DNA of 64,000 nucleotides from the human T2T-CHM13v2.0 reference genome, Homo sapiens, in NCBI RefSeq assembly GCF_009914755.1, contig NC_060947.1; one strand, 5' to 3'. Position numbers and translations under genes: made by a program. Of this stretch, positions 1-14,054 are shown piece after piece. The notes below the pieces were generated by a model. That model was not told the DNA's origin and did not search any database. It saw only the letters and a program-made list of their open reading frames with translations. The number at the start of each line of letters is the position of its first letter. The stretch's first letter is position 1.

Positions 1-299
1 GAATAATGCAGCTGCATTATATAGCTTTGGAACATGCGCTCCAGGTAGAAATTGATAGGTTCTTTAGTTTATTGCCACTTTTTAAAAAGGGGATGCAGAC
101 ATTAAAAGTCTTTCAAACAAAAGACTATTAATGTTGACATGGGAACATTAAGAGAATAGAGATGGTAACAGTAGAATCATAGAATATGTAGAATTTATAG
201 AATATACATTGAGAAAATTTAAAAGAAAATATTATAATTTGACTTTAACATAAAAATAAATACATATAATGGAAACATCTGTCCACCTAAGTGAATAAT

Positions 300-520
300 A
301 AACAATATTTAATGGCATATGATAATCTGGGGTGAAAGTTTTACAAAAATATGGTAAAGGGCCAATGACCTTAATATGTAAAGAAAATTTGCAAATTAGT
401 AACATTTAAAAAATACACATAAAATAATATGCCAATAAAAATTGGGCAAAGGCTATGAACCAAACATTTAAAAAAGAAGAAATATAAACACAAATAAATG
501 TGCAAAAAGGTTTATCTTGA
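300..520 (+). mobile_element. Old L1M fragment (ORF2 3' region)
   Basis: AATAAAAATTGGGCAAAGGCTATGAACCAAACATTTAAAAAAGAAGAAATATA resembles the L1 ORF2 '[15 protein letters not shown]' coding segment; heavily diverged. Confidence 0.4.
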
Positions 521-661
521 TAAGTAAAAAAAATTGTAGGCAATAAAATGCACCATAAATTTAAGCCTTAATTTTATTTTTCCCCCATTTAAGACACATA
601 AAAATAATAATAGAAAACAAAATTAGAAAGGCATGGTTATACTCAAAAAGATAAACCACTC

Positions 662-1112
<451 letters not shown>

Positions 1113-1428
1113 TCAAAAGCAGGGATGGTGACCCGTGACCTTGGAAGGAAGATGAGAAATGTGGTGGGGTTAGGTGGCAAGAAGGGAAAAGAAAAAGGGA
1201 GGACCAGCCCTGCTGGGGGCTATGGCTTGTTTAAAGCTACATTACATATCAAGCCCACCTATTTCCTGGCTGCCAAATAGGAGTGAAGAAGAAGCTCTTG
1301 GGCTCTCTCTTTGCCCCGAGAAATATCTACGCACATCCCATCCATCAAGGAGTGAAGTGGAGACGCCAGCTCTAGAAGCTCTTGAGAAACCCCTTTTCAA
1401 TCATTCCACACACACTCACAGTGAAAGG

Positions 1429-2617
1429 CAGGCCTATCCTAAAAATTTGCAGGGCCCAGAGCAAGCATGCCAACAAAAGCTCATGTACCATATTCATACA
1501 TATTTAAAAGCTGCATATTGAAATAATTTGATCACTCAGGTAAGGCAAAGGATTCTCTTCTAGTCCAGAGATAAGTATCTGCAAAAAAAACCTAACAAAA
1601 ATTACATTAAAATTTTAGAAAAAGGTTGCACATAAAGCTAAGTAAATGTTAAATGATAGTCTATCTCCTACCTTGATGAATATAACTTTATATTGATAAA
1701 ATTGAAACGTGTAAAACTGTATTTTTCATATGCTGAATGTTAGTAAAATGCCCAAAACTACTAAATTTAATTATTAGTTTATGTATCTGGCCTTCTGTTT
1801 ACAGTCTCATGGTGTTTGGATAAGTAATAACATAAATACATGTATAATTTATAGATTAGTATATGTTTGTACTATTAAATTTACTTTTCTTGCTTTCACT
1901 GCTGAAAGATCACTATTATGTTGTTATAATCAAGATTTTCACATAATCTGTGCTCAATTTGCAGTTCTGGTTTGAAGGATTACAAATGAAAATGTACTGA
2001 AAGTTTACAAAATTTAACATATTTTATATAAAATGTAAATTCGAATAAAAACTATTTTTAAAAAAGTTATTTTTCTTCCAAAATATTAAAATTAAGAAAT
2101 TAAAAATCAAAATTAATACAACCCTTCAACCAAATTTATGTAGCATTTAAACATTTTGCTCAATTTAAAAAAATGTATAAATTTACCTCTTAAACATTTG
2201 TGTATTAGATTATCCACAAATATTTATTTTGACACACATTAGGGGCATCACAAAGAATTGGTGTTATGTTTCACCTATGTTATGTCTTGATGGATGTATA
2301 TACAAGTTTAGGAATATTATGAATTGTTTAATCATGTAAAATGTTCCTCAGTCAACGTGTGCAATTGCTGGATTTGTGAGAATCACAAGAACCACAAATT
2401 GTAATAGGAAGAGAGCAAGCAAATGGATGCTGAGCACTGTTTCAAGATGAAACTGTGTCAAGTTATGCAAAAATCTACTGTATTTGTACCACATGAGGAT
2501 TTGACTAGTTAATCTTTTCTACTACTGAAGTGATTCTGCTACTCAAATCCTTCCCACATTCTAAGGTAGTGTCCATCTCTGACTTAGCAGCAGCACAAAC
2601 CACAAATCTTCATGGCA
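1429..2617. mobile_element. Possible ancient hAT-type DNA transposon relic
   Basis: Start CAGGCCTATCCTAAAAATTTGCAGGGCCCAGAGCAAG resembles hAT-Tip100-type termini as I recall them; AT-rich interior; no second TIR found. Confidence 0.25.
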
Positions 2618-3067
2618 TGTGTTAGTTTGGATCCTTCGAGAAGGAGATACCAAGACAGGGTTAGACATATAAGAACTTTATTGGGGAAATTCCCATGAAG
2701 GACAAAAGGAGGCCATCAGGATTAGGCTGTGAGAGTCTTCAGATAGTGGTGCAGGTCAGACCCCTGTAGAAGGAGAGTGCCGAAAGAGGGGATATGGGGA
2801 AGAGTATCAGATTGCAGTGCAGTTCTAAGAAAGCTTCAGCCAAGTCAGTGGGTATTTCTTGACCCAAGGTTGTCTATTAAAGAAGACCCATGTCCTGCAG
2901 GAATAAGCCTGCACTTGTTTCCCTTCCTTACTTACATTTTGGCTAGGAGCAGCATGGAGAGAGTGTAGCATTGACACAAATGTGATGGTGGACCCACAGC
3001 TGGGGCTGATGGTCAACTATGTTCCATGAAGCAGGAGATTCAGGCAGCCCATTTCTTGGTGGCCACA
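2618..3067 (-). mobile_element. ERVL-class solo LTR (LTR16/LTR33-like)
   Basis: TGTGTTAGTTTGGATCCTTCGAGAAGGAGATACCAAGACAGG...TTTATTGGGG pattern, TG...CA ends, ~450 bp. Confidence 0.6.
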
Positions 3068-3397
3068 GTTCATGGGTAAGAGGACTCCAAATTGTTAATA
3101 TGTCAGTTCTCCAAAAATTAACCTATGGATCCAAGTAAATGCTTATCAAAAGCCCAGGAGGCCTTTTTGGTAGAAATTGACAAACTGATTCTAAAATTCA
3201 TAGGCAATGCAAAGGACCTAGAGCAGCCAAGACAACTTCCGAAGAGATGAACAAAAGTCGGAGGACTAACATCACCTGTTTTTAATGACTTATAAAACTA
3301 TAGTAATAAGGGCAATGTTGTATTGATGTGAAGATACACAAATAGATCAATGGGGAAGAATAAGGAGTCCAGAAATAGACCCATACCTATATGTAAA

Positions 3398-4192
3398 TGC
3401 TGAAATCTGAATGTTTGTGTCCCCTCAAAATTCATGTTTTTGTTTTATTCATTTTTGTTTTTACACTGACATATAAAAATTATACATCTTTATGGTATAC
3501 AACATGTTTTGATATATGTATATATTGGCTAAATTGGCTAAATATGTATACAATGACTAAATTAAGCTAATTAACATATCCATTATCTCACTTATATATC
3601 ATTTTTTGTGGTGAGAATGCTTAAAATCTATTCTTTTAGCAATTTTCAAGTGTACAATACATTGTTATTAACTATAGTTACCATGTTGTATAACAAATCT
3701 CAATTTATTCCTCCTATCTAACTAAAATTTTATATCCTTTAACCAACATCTCCCCCAAACCCCCACCACCTCTGGCAACCTCCAATTCTACTCTCTGCTT
3801 CTATAAGTTCAACTTTCTAAGATTCCACATATGAGTGAAATCACATAGTATTTGTCTTTCTGTTTCTGGCTTATTTCTCAAGATTCATATGTTGAAACTT
3901 AATCACCAATGTGATAGTATGAGGAGGTGGGTTATTTGGGAAGTAAGTAGATCATGAGATCAGAGCCTTCAAAAATGGAAGTAGTGGTTCCCTTATAAAA
4001 GAGGCCTGAAGAAAACCCCTTTTCCCTTCCACATGTGAGAATACAGCAAAAAGACACTGTCTATGAGCCAGAAAGTGGTCTCTCACTAGACACTGAATCT
4101 GTTAGCACCTTGATCTTGGACTTGCCAGCCACCAGAACTGTGAGAAAGAAATTGCTGTTGTTATAAGCCACCTAGTTTATGGTATTAAGACA
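3398..4192 (+). mobile_element. MaLR LTR MLT1A/MLT1A0, split by an L1MA insertion
   Basis: TGAATGTTTGTGTCCCCTCAAAATTCAT...GTTGAAACTTAATCACCAATGTGATAG...CTTGATCTTGGACTTGCCAGCCACCAGAACTGTGAGAAAG...TAAGACA. Confidence 0.85.
3436..3876 (-). mobile_element. L1MA 3' end, 5'-truncated
   Basis: L1MA 3'UTR (GATTCCACATATGAGTGAAATCACATAGTATTTGTCTTTCTG); TSD-like CTCAAAATTCAT (3424-3435) / CTCAAGATTCAT (3877-3888). Confidence 0.8.
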
Positions 4193-4375
4193 GTAAAAGT
4201 GATTTTTTAAAATGGTGTAATGACCATTTAGTAGGCAAAGTAGAGTCTTTTCAACAAATGGGGCTGGAATATTTGGATATCCATATGCAAAGATAAACTT
4301 CAGTCCACACCTTATAATACATTTTAAATTTTACTCAAAATGGATCATAGACCTAAATGTAAAGATTTCTTAGAT

Positions 4376-4599
4376 TAAGGGCTGGCGAACTACAATTTTT
4401 AGGCCACATCCAGCCCACTACCTATTTTTATACATACAGATGTACTGGAACACCTCCTTATCTATTCATTATGTATTTAGCCACAATTACTTTTGTGTCA
4501 CAAATGCAGAGTTGAATAATTGTGACAGAGACCATGTGGTCCTCAAAGCTTAAGCTATTTACTCTTTGGTACTGTAGAGAATTAGTTTTCTGATCTCTG
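4376..4599 (+). mobile_element. MER58A (hAT-Charlie non-autonomous element)
   Basis: ~224 bp; GCAGAGTTGAATAATTGTGACAGAGACCATGTGG core; 8-bp TSD TCTTAGAT / TATTAGAT. Confidence 0.85.
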
Positions 4600-5666
4600 T
4601 ATTAGATACAACAAAATCTCAATCCATAAAAGGAAAAAAATGATACATTGCACATATCAAAATTATAAATTTATCCATAATTCTTTATAAGACACTGTTA
4701 AGAGAATGAAAAGACAAGCCATAGACTAGGAGAAAAAATTGCAAATCATATATCTGACAAAGAACTTGTACCGAGAATACATAAGGAACTCTTACAACTC
4801 AACAATAAAAAGTACAGACAATCCAATAGTAAGATGGACAGAAGACTTGAACAAACACTTCACCAAAGAAGATATATGGGTTGAAAATAATCACATAAAA
4901 ATGCTCAACATCATTAGCCATTAGGGAAATGCATATTAAAACCACAATGAGATACAGCTGCATACTTATTAGAATGGCTAAATTTAAAAACACTCACCAT
5001 GCCACATATTGGCAAGGATGTGAAGGAACTGAAACTTTTTACACTGCTGCTGGAAATATAAAGTTGTACAGTCACTTGGGAAAACAATTTGCTACTTTCT
5101 TATAAGGTAAATGTCCACCTATCATATGATCCAGCCATTCTTCCCATAAGTATTTACACAATAGAAATAAAAATGTGCACTAGTACAATTGTTTGTATGT
5201 AAATATATAAAGCAGTTTTATTTGTAATTTTCATAACCTGTAAACAACTCAAAGATCCATCCACAGGTGAATGGATGAACAAACTGTGGTACATACACCA
5301 TTGATGCATGCAACAACATGAATAAATCTCTAATTATGCCGAATGACTAAAGCCAAACAAAAAGAGTTCATACTGTATGATTCAATTTATATACAATCCT
5401 AGAAAATGAAAACCAATTTATATTGATGGAACACAGACCAGTCGTTGTTTGGAGGGAAGCTTTAGGAGGGGCAGGAGAAGAGTTACAAAAGGGCACAAGT
5501 AAACAGTTGAGGGAGGTGGATCTATTCATTAGCTTAATTGGAGTGATGGTTTCATTCTTGCGTAGATAAAATGTATCAAAATGTACAATTTGAACATGCG
5601 AAGTTTATTGTATGCCAATTATACTTCAATAAATCTTTGTTTTAAAGTTAAAAAAAGTGTTCACTG

Positions 5667-8600
5667 ACTTTTCTGGTTTCATATGAATTTTAGAATTGTT
5701 TTTTTCTAATTCTGTGAAGAATGGTGGTGGTATTTTAATGGGAATTGCATTGAATTTGTAGATTACTTTTAGCAGTATGGCCATTTTCACAATATTGATT
5801 CTACTCATCCATGAGCATGGAATGTGTTTCCATTTGTTTTTGTTGTCTGTGATTTCCTTCAGCAGTGTTTTCTAGTTTTCCTTGTAGAGGTCTTTTGCCT
5901 ATTTGGTTAGGTATATTCCCAAGTATTTTATTTTATTTTTTGCAGCTATTGTAAAAGGAGTTGAGTTCTTGATTTGATTCTCAGCTTGGCCGCTGTTGGA
6001 GTATAGAAGAGCTACTGATTTGTGTACATTAACTTTGTATCTGGAAACTGTTGAATTATTTTACCAGTTCTAGGAGCTTTCTGGGGGAGTCTTTAGGATT
6101 TTCTAGGTAAACAATCATATCATCAGCAAGTAGCGACAGTTTGACTTCTTTACCGATTTGGATGCCCTTTTTTTTTTTCTTTTGTCTGATTGCTCTGGCT
6201 ATGATTTCCAGTACTATGTTGAAGAGGAGTGCTGAGAATGGACATCCTTGTCTTGTTCCAGTTCTCAGAGGGAAAGCTTTCAACTTTCCCTCATTCAGTA
6301 TTATGTTGGCTGTGGGTTTGTCATAGATGGCTTTTATTATATTGAGGTATGTCCCTTGTATGCCGATTTCACTGAGAGTCTTAATCATAAAGGGATGCCA
6401 GATTTTGTAGAACGCTTTTTCTGCATCTATTGAGATGATCACGTGATTTTTCTTTTAAATTCTGTTTATGTGGTGTATCACATTTATTGACTTGCATATG
6501 TTAAACCGTCTCTGCATCACTGGTATGAAACCCACTTGATCATGGTGGATTATCTTTTTGATATGTTGTTGGATTCAGTTAGCTAGTATTCTGTTAAGGA
6601 TTTTAACATCTATGTTCATCAGGGATATTGGACTTTAGTTTTCTTTATCGTTGTGTCCTGGCTTCACAGAATGACTTAGGGAGGGTCCCCTCTTTCTCTA
6701 TCTTGAGTAATAGCGTCAATAGGATTGGTACCAATTCTTTGAATGTCTGGTAGAATCCTGCTGTGAATTTGCCTGGTCCTGGACTTTTCCCTGTTAATAA
6801 TTTTAAAATTACTGTTTCAATCTCACTGCCTGTTATTGGTCTGGTCAGGGTATCTAACTCTTCCTGATTTAAGCTAGGAAGGTTGTATTTTTTACAGGAA
6901 TTTATCCATCTCTTTTAGGTTTTCTAGCCTATGCGTGTTAAGGTGTTCATAGTAGCCTTGAATGATCTTTTGTATTTCAGTGGCGTCAGTTGTAGTATCT
7001 CTCGTTTTGCTTCTTATTGAGCTTATTTGGATTTTCCCTTTTCTTTTCTTGGTTAATTCTTCTAATGGTATATCAATTTTATTTATCTTTTCAAAGAAGC
7101 AGGTTTCTGTTTCATTTATCTTTGGTATTTTTTTTATTTCAATTTCTTTTAGTTCTGCTCTGATATTGGTTATTTTCCTTCTTCTGTTAGGTGTGGGTTC
7201 GGTTTGTTCTTGTTTCTCTAGTTCTTTGAGGTGTGACCTTAGATTGTCTGTCTGTGCTCTTTCAGAATTTTTGATGCAGTCATTTAGGGCTATGAACTTT
7301 CCTCTTAGCACCGCCTTTGCTGTATCCCAGAGGTTTTGACAGATTGTGTCATTACTGTCATTCAGTTTGAAGAATTTTTAAATTTCCATCTTGATTTTAT
7401 TTTTGAGCCAATGATCATTTAGGGACTGGTTATTTAATTTCCATGTATTTGCATGGTTTTGGAGGTTCTTTTTGGAGTTAGTTTTCAGTTTTATTCCACT
7501 GTCATGTGAAAGAGTGCTTGATATAATTTCAGTTTTCTTAAATTTATTGAGGCTTGTTTTGTGGCCAATCCTATGGTCTATCTTGGAGAAAGTTCCATGC
7601 ACTGTTGAATAGAATGTATATTCTTTGATTTTTGGATGGAATGTTCTGTATATATCTGTAAAGTCCATTTGTTCCAGGGTGTAGTTTAAATCCATTGTTT
7701 CTTTGTTGACACTCTGTCTTGATGACCTGTCTAGTGCTGTCAGTGGAGTATTGAAATCCCCTATGATTATTGTGTTGCTGTCAATCCCATTTCTTAGGTC
7801 TATTAGTAATTGTTTTATAAATTTTGGATCTCCAGTGTTAGGTGCATATATGTTTAGTATTGTGATATTTTCTTATTGAACAAGGCTATTTATCATTATA
7901 TAATGTCCCTCCTTGTCTTTTTTAAATCCTGTTACTTTAAAGTTTGTTTTGTCTGATATAAGAATAGTTACTCCTGCTCGCTTTTAGCGTCCATTTGCAT
8001 GAAATGTCTTTTTCTACCCCTTTACCTTAAGTTTGTGCGAGTCATTATGTGTTAGGTGAGTCTCTTGAAGGCAGTAAAGAGGTGGTTGGTGAATTCTTAT
8101 CCATTATGCAATTCTGTGTCTTTTAAGTGCAGCATTTAGGCTATTTACATTCAATGTTGGTATTGAGATGTGAGGTGCCATTCCATTCATACCTTGCTTT
8201 TTTGTTTTTTGTTTGTTTGTTTTTTAAATTGTATTTTTTATAGGTCGTGTGAAATTTATGCTTTAAAGAAGTTCTGTTTTGATATGTTTGCAGGATTTGT
8301 TTCAAGATTTAGAGCATCTTTTAGCAGTTCTTGTAGTGGTGGCTTGGTAGTGGCAAATTCCCTCAGCCTTTGTTAGTCTGAAAAAGACTGCACCTTTCTT
8401 CCATATTTGAAGCTTAGTTTCACTGGATACGAAATTATTGGCTGATAATTGTTTTGTTTTAGGAGGCTGAAGATAGGGCCCCAATACCTTCTAGCTTGTA
8501 GTGTTTCTGCTGAGAAATCTGTTGTTAATCTGATAGGTTTTCCTTTGTAGGTTACCTGGTGCTTTTGTCTCATAGCTCTTAAGGTTATTTCCTACATTTT

Positions 8601-10641
8601 TAACTTTAGATAACCTGATGACAATGTGCCTAGGTGATTGTCTTCTTGTGATGAATATCCCAGGTGTTCTTCGTGCTTCTTGTATTTGGATGTGTAGGTC
8701 TCTAGCAAGGCTGGGGATGTTTTCCTTGATTATTCCCCCAAATATGTTTTCCAAACTTTTAGATTTCTCTTCTTCCTCAGAAACACCAATTATTCTCAGG
8801 TTTGGCCATTTAACATAATCCCAGACTTCTTGGAGGCTTTGTTCATATTTTCTTAGTCTTTGTTGAATGGATTAATGTGAAGACCTTGTCTTCAAGTTCT
8901 GAATTTCTTTCTTCTACTTGTTCAGTTCTATTCCTGAGGCTTTCCAGAGCATTTTGCATTTCTATAAATGTGTCCATTGTTTCCTGGAGTTCTGATTGTT
9001 TTTTATTTATGCCATTTATTTCCTTGAGTATTTCTCCCTTCACTTGTATCATTTTTTGGATTTCCGTACATTGGGCTTCGCCTTTCTCTGGTGCCTCCCT
9101 GATTAGCTTAATAACTAAGCTCCTGAATTCTTTTTCAGGTAAATCAGGGATTTTTTCTTGGTTTGGGTCTATTGCTGGTGAGCTAGTGTGATTTTTTTTG
9201 GATGTTAAACAACCTTGTGTTGCCATATTACCAGGGTTGGTTTTCTGGTTCCTTCTCATTGGGGTAGGCTCTATCAGAGGGAAGATCTAGGGCCGAAGGC
9301 TGTTTTTCAGATTCTTTTCTCCCACGGGATATTCCCTTGATGTAGTATTCGCCCCCTTTTCCTATGGATGTGGCTTCCCTGGATCCGAGCTGTAGTGATT
9401 GTTATCGCTCTTCTGGATCTAGCCACCCAGCATGTCTACCAGGCTCCAGGATGATATTGGGGGTTGCCTGCACAGAGTCCTGTGATTTGAACCGCCTATG
9501 GGTCTCTCAGCCGTGGATACCAGCACCTGTTCCGGTGGAAGTGGTAGAGGGGTGAAATGGACTCTGTGAGAGTTCCTAGCTTTGGTGGTTTAATGCACTA
9601 TTTTTGTGCTAGTTGGCCTCCTGCCAGGAGGTGGCGTTTTCCAGCGAGCATTAGCTGTGATTCTATGGGGAAGAACAGATGGTGGGTGTGGCCCTAGAAC
9701 TCTCAAGAGTACAAGCCCTTTGTCTTCAGTTACCAGGGTGCGTGCGGAAGGACCATTGGTTGGGGGCAGGGCTAGGCGTGTCTGAGCTCAGACTCTCTTT
9801 GGGTGGGTCTTGCTGTGGCTGCTGTAGAGGATGGAGGTGAGGTTCCCAGGTCAATGGAGTTATGTTCCTAGAAGGATTATGGCTGCCGCTGCTGTGTCAT
9901 GCAGGTTGTCAGAGAAGTGGGGAAAAGCTAGCAGTCACAGGTCTCACCCAGCTCCCACACAATCCAAAGGGCCGATCTCAGTCCCATGGTGCCCCTTCCA
10001 ACAGTATTGAGTCTGTTTTCAGGCAGTGGGCAAGCAGGGCTGAGAACTTGCTTCAGGCTACCCACCTCCCAGCTGTGAAAGCAAATATACCTTTCCTTCT
10101 TCCATGGCCTGTGAAGCATACAGACCGGATTCATGCCTTCCCCTGCGTTCTGGCCAGGAGGCTTCTTGATCAGTTCAAATTGTTACAAAGTTTAGCTGGA
10201 GATTTCCTTCTCCCTTTGGCCTTTTCCCAGCTCCTCTGGCTACCCTTCCAAAGGACCCCTGTGAGGCCCAGCAAAAAATGACTTCCTAGGAGACCCAGCA
10301 ATCTCCCAGGGGTTTTCCCACTGCTTCTTCTACCCCTTATTTATTCTGGCTCTCTAAATTGACTCAGCTCCAGGTCAGGTCAAAATCTTCTCCCATAATC
10401 TAGGCCTTCATTTTCCCCAGTGAGGGTGTATGTTCAGGGTTGGATGATCTCCCTTTCCCACTTCCACAGTTTGGGGACTCACAGTATTTGGGGTGTCTCC
10501 TGGTTTCTGCAAGAGCAATCCACTTCCTTCTGGGGGTCTGTTGGTCCTCTCATGTTTCCTGATTTATTCCTGCAGTCATTATGGAGCAAAAATTCATGAC
10601 GTGAGCCTCCACGCAGTGCTCTGTTCATCCAAGTTGGAGCT
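5667..10641 (-). mobile_element. L1PB with L1PBa-type 5'UTR, ORF1 and ORF2 EN/RT; 3' end missing
   Basis: ORF1 start 9259 MRRNQKTNPGNMATQG; ORF2 fragments 7378-7695 (TFSKIDH), 6892-7311, 6056-6442 ([29 protein letters not shown]); 5'UTR to ~10641. Confidence 0.92.
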
Positions 10642-10836
10642 TTCTATCTCCCTAATTTCAATTGTTTTGATTTTTAAATCCCACAAATAAGTGAGAACAT
10701 GTAATATTTGTCTTTTTGTGCCTGGCTTATTTCACTTAGCTCAATGACCTCCACTTCATTTATGTTGCTGCAAATGACTGGATCTCATTTTTTTATGGCT
10801 GAATAGTACTCCACTGTGTCTATATACTACATTTTC
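10642..10836 (-). mobile_element. L1MA1/2-like 3'UTR fragment
   Basis: CCCACAAATAAGTGAGAACATGTAATATTTGTCTTTTTGTGCCTGGCTTATTTCACTT. Confidence 0.75.
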
Positions 10837-12965
10837 GTTTTTAAAATTTCCAACTTTTAAGTTCAGGGGTACATGTGCAGGATGTGCAGGTTTGTTACAT
10901 AGGTAAACATGTGCCATGCTGGTTTGCTGCACAGATCATCCCATTACTCAGGTATTAAGCCCAGCATCTACTAGCTAATATTCCTGATCCTTTCCCTCTT
11001 CTCACACCAACACCATCCAACAGACTGTAGTGTGTGTTGTTCCCTACCATGTGTCTATGTGTTCTCATCATTCAGCTGAGAACATGCAATATTTGGTTTT
11101 CTGTTAATGCATTAGTTTGCTGAGGATAATGGCTTCTGGCTCCATTCACATCCCTGCAAAGGACGTGATCTTTTCCCTTTTTATGGCTGCATAGTATTCC
11201 GTGGTGTATATGTACCACATTTTCTCTATCCAGTCTATCATTGTTGGGCATTTAGGTTGATTCCATGTGTTTGCTATTGTGAATAGTGCTGCATTGAACA
11301 TACATGTGCATGTGTCTTTATAATAGAACAATTTATATTCCTTTGGGTACATACCCAGTAATAGGATTGCTGGGTCAAATGGTATTTCTGCCGCTATGTT
11401 TTTGAGGAATCACCCCACTATCTTCCACAATGGTTGAACTAATTTACACTCTCACCAACAGTGTAATAGCATTCCTTTATCTCCACAAGCTCACCAAAAT
11501 CAGTTATTTTTTGACTTTTAAATAGTAACCATTCTAACTGTTATGAGATAGTATCTCACTGCGGTTTTGATTTGCATTTCTCTAACGATGAGTGATGTTG
11601 AGCTTTTTTTTTTTCCATGTTTGTTGGCCATATGTATGTCTTCTTTTGAGAAATATCTGTTCATGTTTTTTGCCACTTTTTAATGGGGTTATTTGTTATT
11701 TCCTGTAAATTTGTTTAAGTTCCTTATAGATACTGGATAATAGACCTTTGTCAAATGCATAGAGTGCAGAAATTTTATCTCATTTTGCATGTTGTCTGTT
11801 TACTCTGTTGGTAGTTACTTTTGCTGTGCAGAAGCTCTTTAGTTTAATTAGATCCCATTTGTCAATTTTTGCTTTTGTTGCAATTGCTTTTGGTGTCTTT
11901 GTCATAAAATCTTTGCCTGTGCCTATGTCCTGAAAGGTATTGCCTAAGTTGTCTTCTAGGGTTTCTACAATTTGGGGTTTTACATTTAAGTCTTTAATCC
12001 ATCTTGAGTTGATTTTTGTATATGGTGTAAGGAATGGGTGCAGTTTCAATCTTCTGCATATGGCTAGTCTGTTATCCCAGCACTCTTTGCTGAATAAAGA
12101 ATTCCTTCCCCATTGCTTGTTTTTGTCAGGTTTGTAAAAAATCAGATGGTTGTAGGTGTGCAGTTTTATTTCTGGGCTCTCTATTCTGTTCCATTGCTCT
12201 ACCAGTACAATGCTGTTTTGGTTACGGTAGTCTCATAGTATAGTTTGAAGTTGGATAGCGTGATGCCTCCAGCTTTGTTCTTTTTGCTTAGGATCCTCTT
12301 GTCTATTTGGGATCCTTTTGGGTTCCATATTAATTTTAAAATAGCTTTTTCTAATTCTGTGAAGAATGTCAATGGTAGTTTAATGGGAATAGCATCAATC
12401 TATAAATTGCTTTGGGCAGTATGGCCATTTTCACGATATTGATTCTTCCTATCCATGAGCATGGAATGTTTTTCCATTTGTGGGTGTCATCTCTGATTTC
12501 TTTGAGAAGTTGTTTGTAGTTCTCCTTGAAGAGGCCCTTTACTTCCCTTGCTAGCTATATTCCTAGGTATTTTATTCTTTTTTTTTTTTTGGCAATTGTG
12601 AATGGGAGTTCATTAGTGATTTGGCTCTCAGCTTGCCTGTTGTTTCCGTATAGGAATGCTAGTGATTCTTGTGCATTGATTTTGGGTCCTGAGATTTTGC
12701 TGAAGTTGCTTGTCAGATTAAGAAGCTTTTGGGCTGAGACAACAGGGTTTTCTACATATAGGACAATGTCATTTGCAAAAGAGATAGTTTGACTTCCTCT
12801 CTTCCTATTTGAATACCTTTTATTTCTTTCTTTTCCCTAATTGCCCTGGCCAGAACTTCCAATACTATGTTAAATAGGAGTGGTGAGAGATGGCATCTTT
12901 GTCTTGTGCCAGTTTTCAAGGGGAATACTTCCAGCTTTTGCCCATTCAGTATGATATTGGCTTAT
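10837..12965 (-). mobile_element. L1PA (PA13-like), 5'-truncated, ~2.1 kb
   Basis: 3' end GTTCAGGGGTACATGTGCAGGATGTGCAGG; ORF2 fragments 11146-11352 (YYAAIK) and 11780-12049 ([17 protein letters not shown]); flanked by ACATTTTC / ACATTTC. Confidence 0.9.
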
Positions 12966-14054
12966 GCGACATTTCTTTTATCTATTTATTGGTTGATGAG
13001 CACTTTGGTTGATTCCATAACTTTGTAATTGTGAATTGCACTGCAATAAGAATTTAATGCAGTGGTCTTTTTGATATAAAGATCTCTATTCTTTGGGTAT
13101 TCAGTAATGGGATTGCCAGATCCAATAGTAGATAGATCTTCTTTTAGTAATTTGAGAAATCTCCATACTGTTTCCCATAGAGTTTATACAAATTTACATT
13201 CCCACCAGCAGTGTATAAGCATTCTCTTTTCACCATATCCCAGTCAACATATATTGTCTTTTGACTTTTTAATAATGGCCATTCTAGCTTAAGTAAGGTG
13301 GTATCATTGTGGTTTTAATGTGCATATCCCGGCTGATTAGTAATGTCGAGGGGTTTTTTTTATATGTTTCTTGGCCATTTATATATCTTCATTTGAGAAA
13401 TGTGTATTCATGTGAATTGCCCACTTTAGAGATTTTTTTTTCTTGCTGATTTGTTTGCGTTCCTTGTAGATTCTAGATATTAGTCCTTTGTCAGATGAAT
13501 AGCTTGAAAATATTTTCTTCCATTCTGTATGTTGCCTGTTGACTCTGATGATTATATCTCTTGCTGTGCAGAAGCTTTTTAATTTAATTAGGTCCTATGT
13601 ATTTATTTTTGTTTTTGTTGCATTTGCTTTTGGGATCTTAGTCATAAATTCTTTGCCTAGGCCAATGTCTGGAAGATTTTTTTTGTTTTCTTCTAGAATT
13701 TTTGTGGTCTCAGGTCTTAGATTTAAGTCTTTGATCCATCTTGAGTTAATTTTTATATATGGTGAAAATTAGGGATCAAGTTTCATTCTTCTACATGTGG
13801 CTATCCAATTTTCCTAGCACCATTTATTGAATAGGGTGTCCTTTTTGCAGTTTATGTTTCTGTATGCTTTGTCAAAGCTTAATTGGTTGTATTTGGCTTT
13901 ACTTCTTGGTGATTCTGTTCCATTGATCTATGTATCTACTTTTATGCCATCGTCATGCTGTTTTGGTTACTATAACCTTTTAGTATAATTTGAAGCTGGG
14001 TAATGTGATGCTCCTAAATTTGTTCTTTTTTGCTTAGGATTGCTTTGGCTATTC
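12966..14054 (-). mobile_element. L1PB3/4-like ORF2 3' part
   Basis: TTGAGAAATCTCCATACTGTTTCCCATAGAG...; continuous L1 ORF2 C-terminal antisense sequence ending GGCTATTC. Confidence 0.85.

Larger units (their letters stand above)
3070..5657 (+). mobile_element. Old L1 (L1MC/ME-like) ORF2 3' part and 3'UTR, interrupted by MLT1A, L1MA and MER58A
   Basis: L1 ORF2 motifs (GTAGAAATTGACAAACTGATTCTAAAATTC; ORF 4739-4924 WTEDLNKHFTKEDI); ends AATAAA...AAAAAAA at ~5628-5656. Confidence 0.85.
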
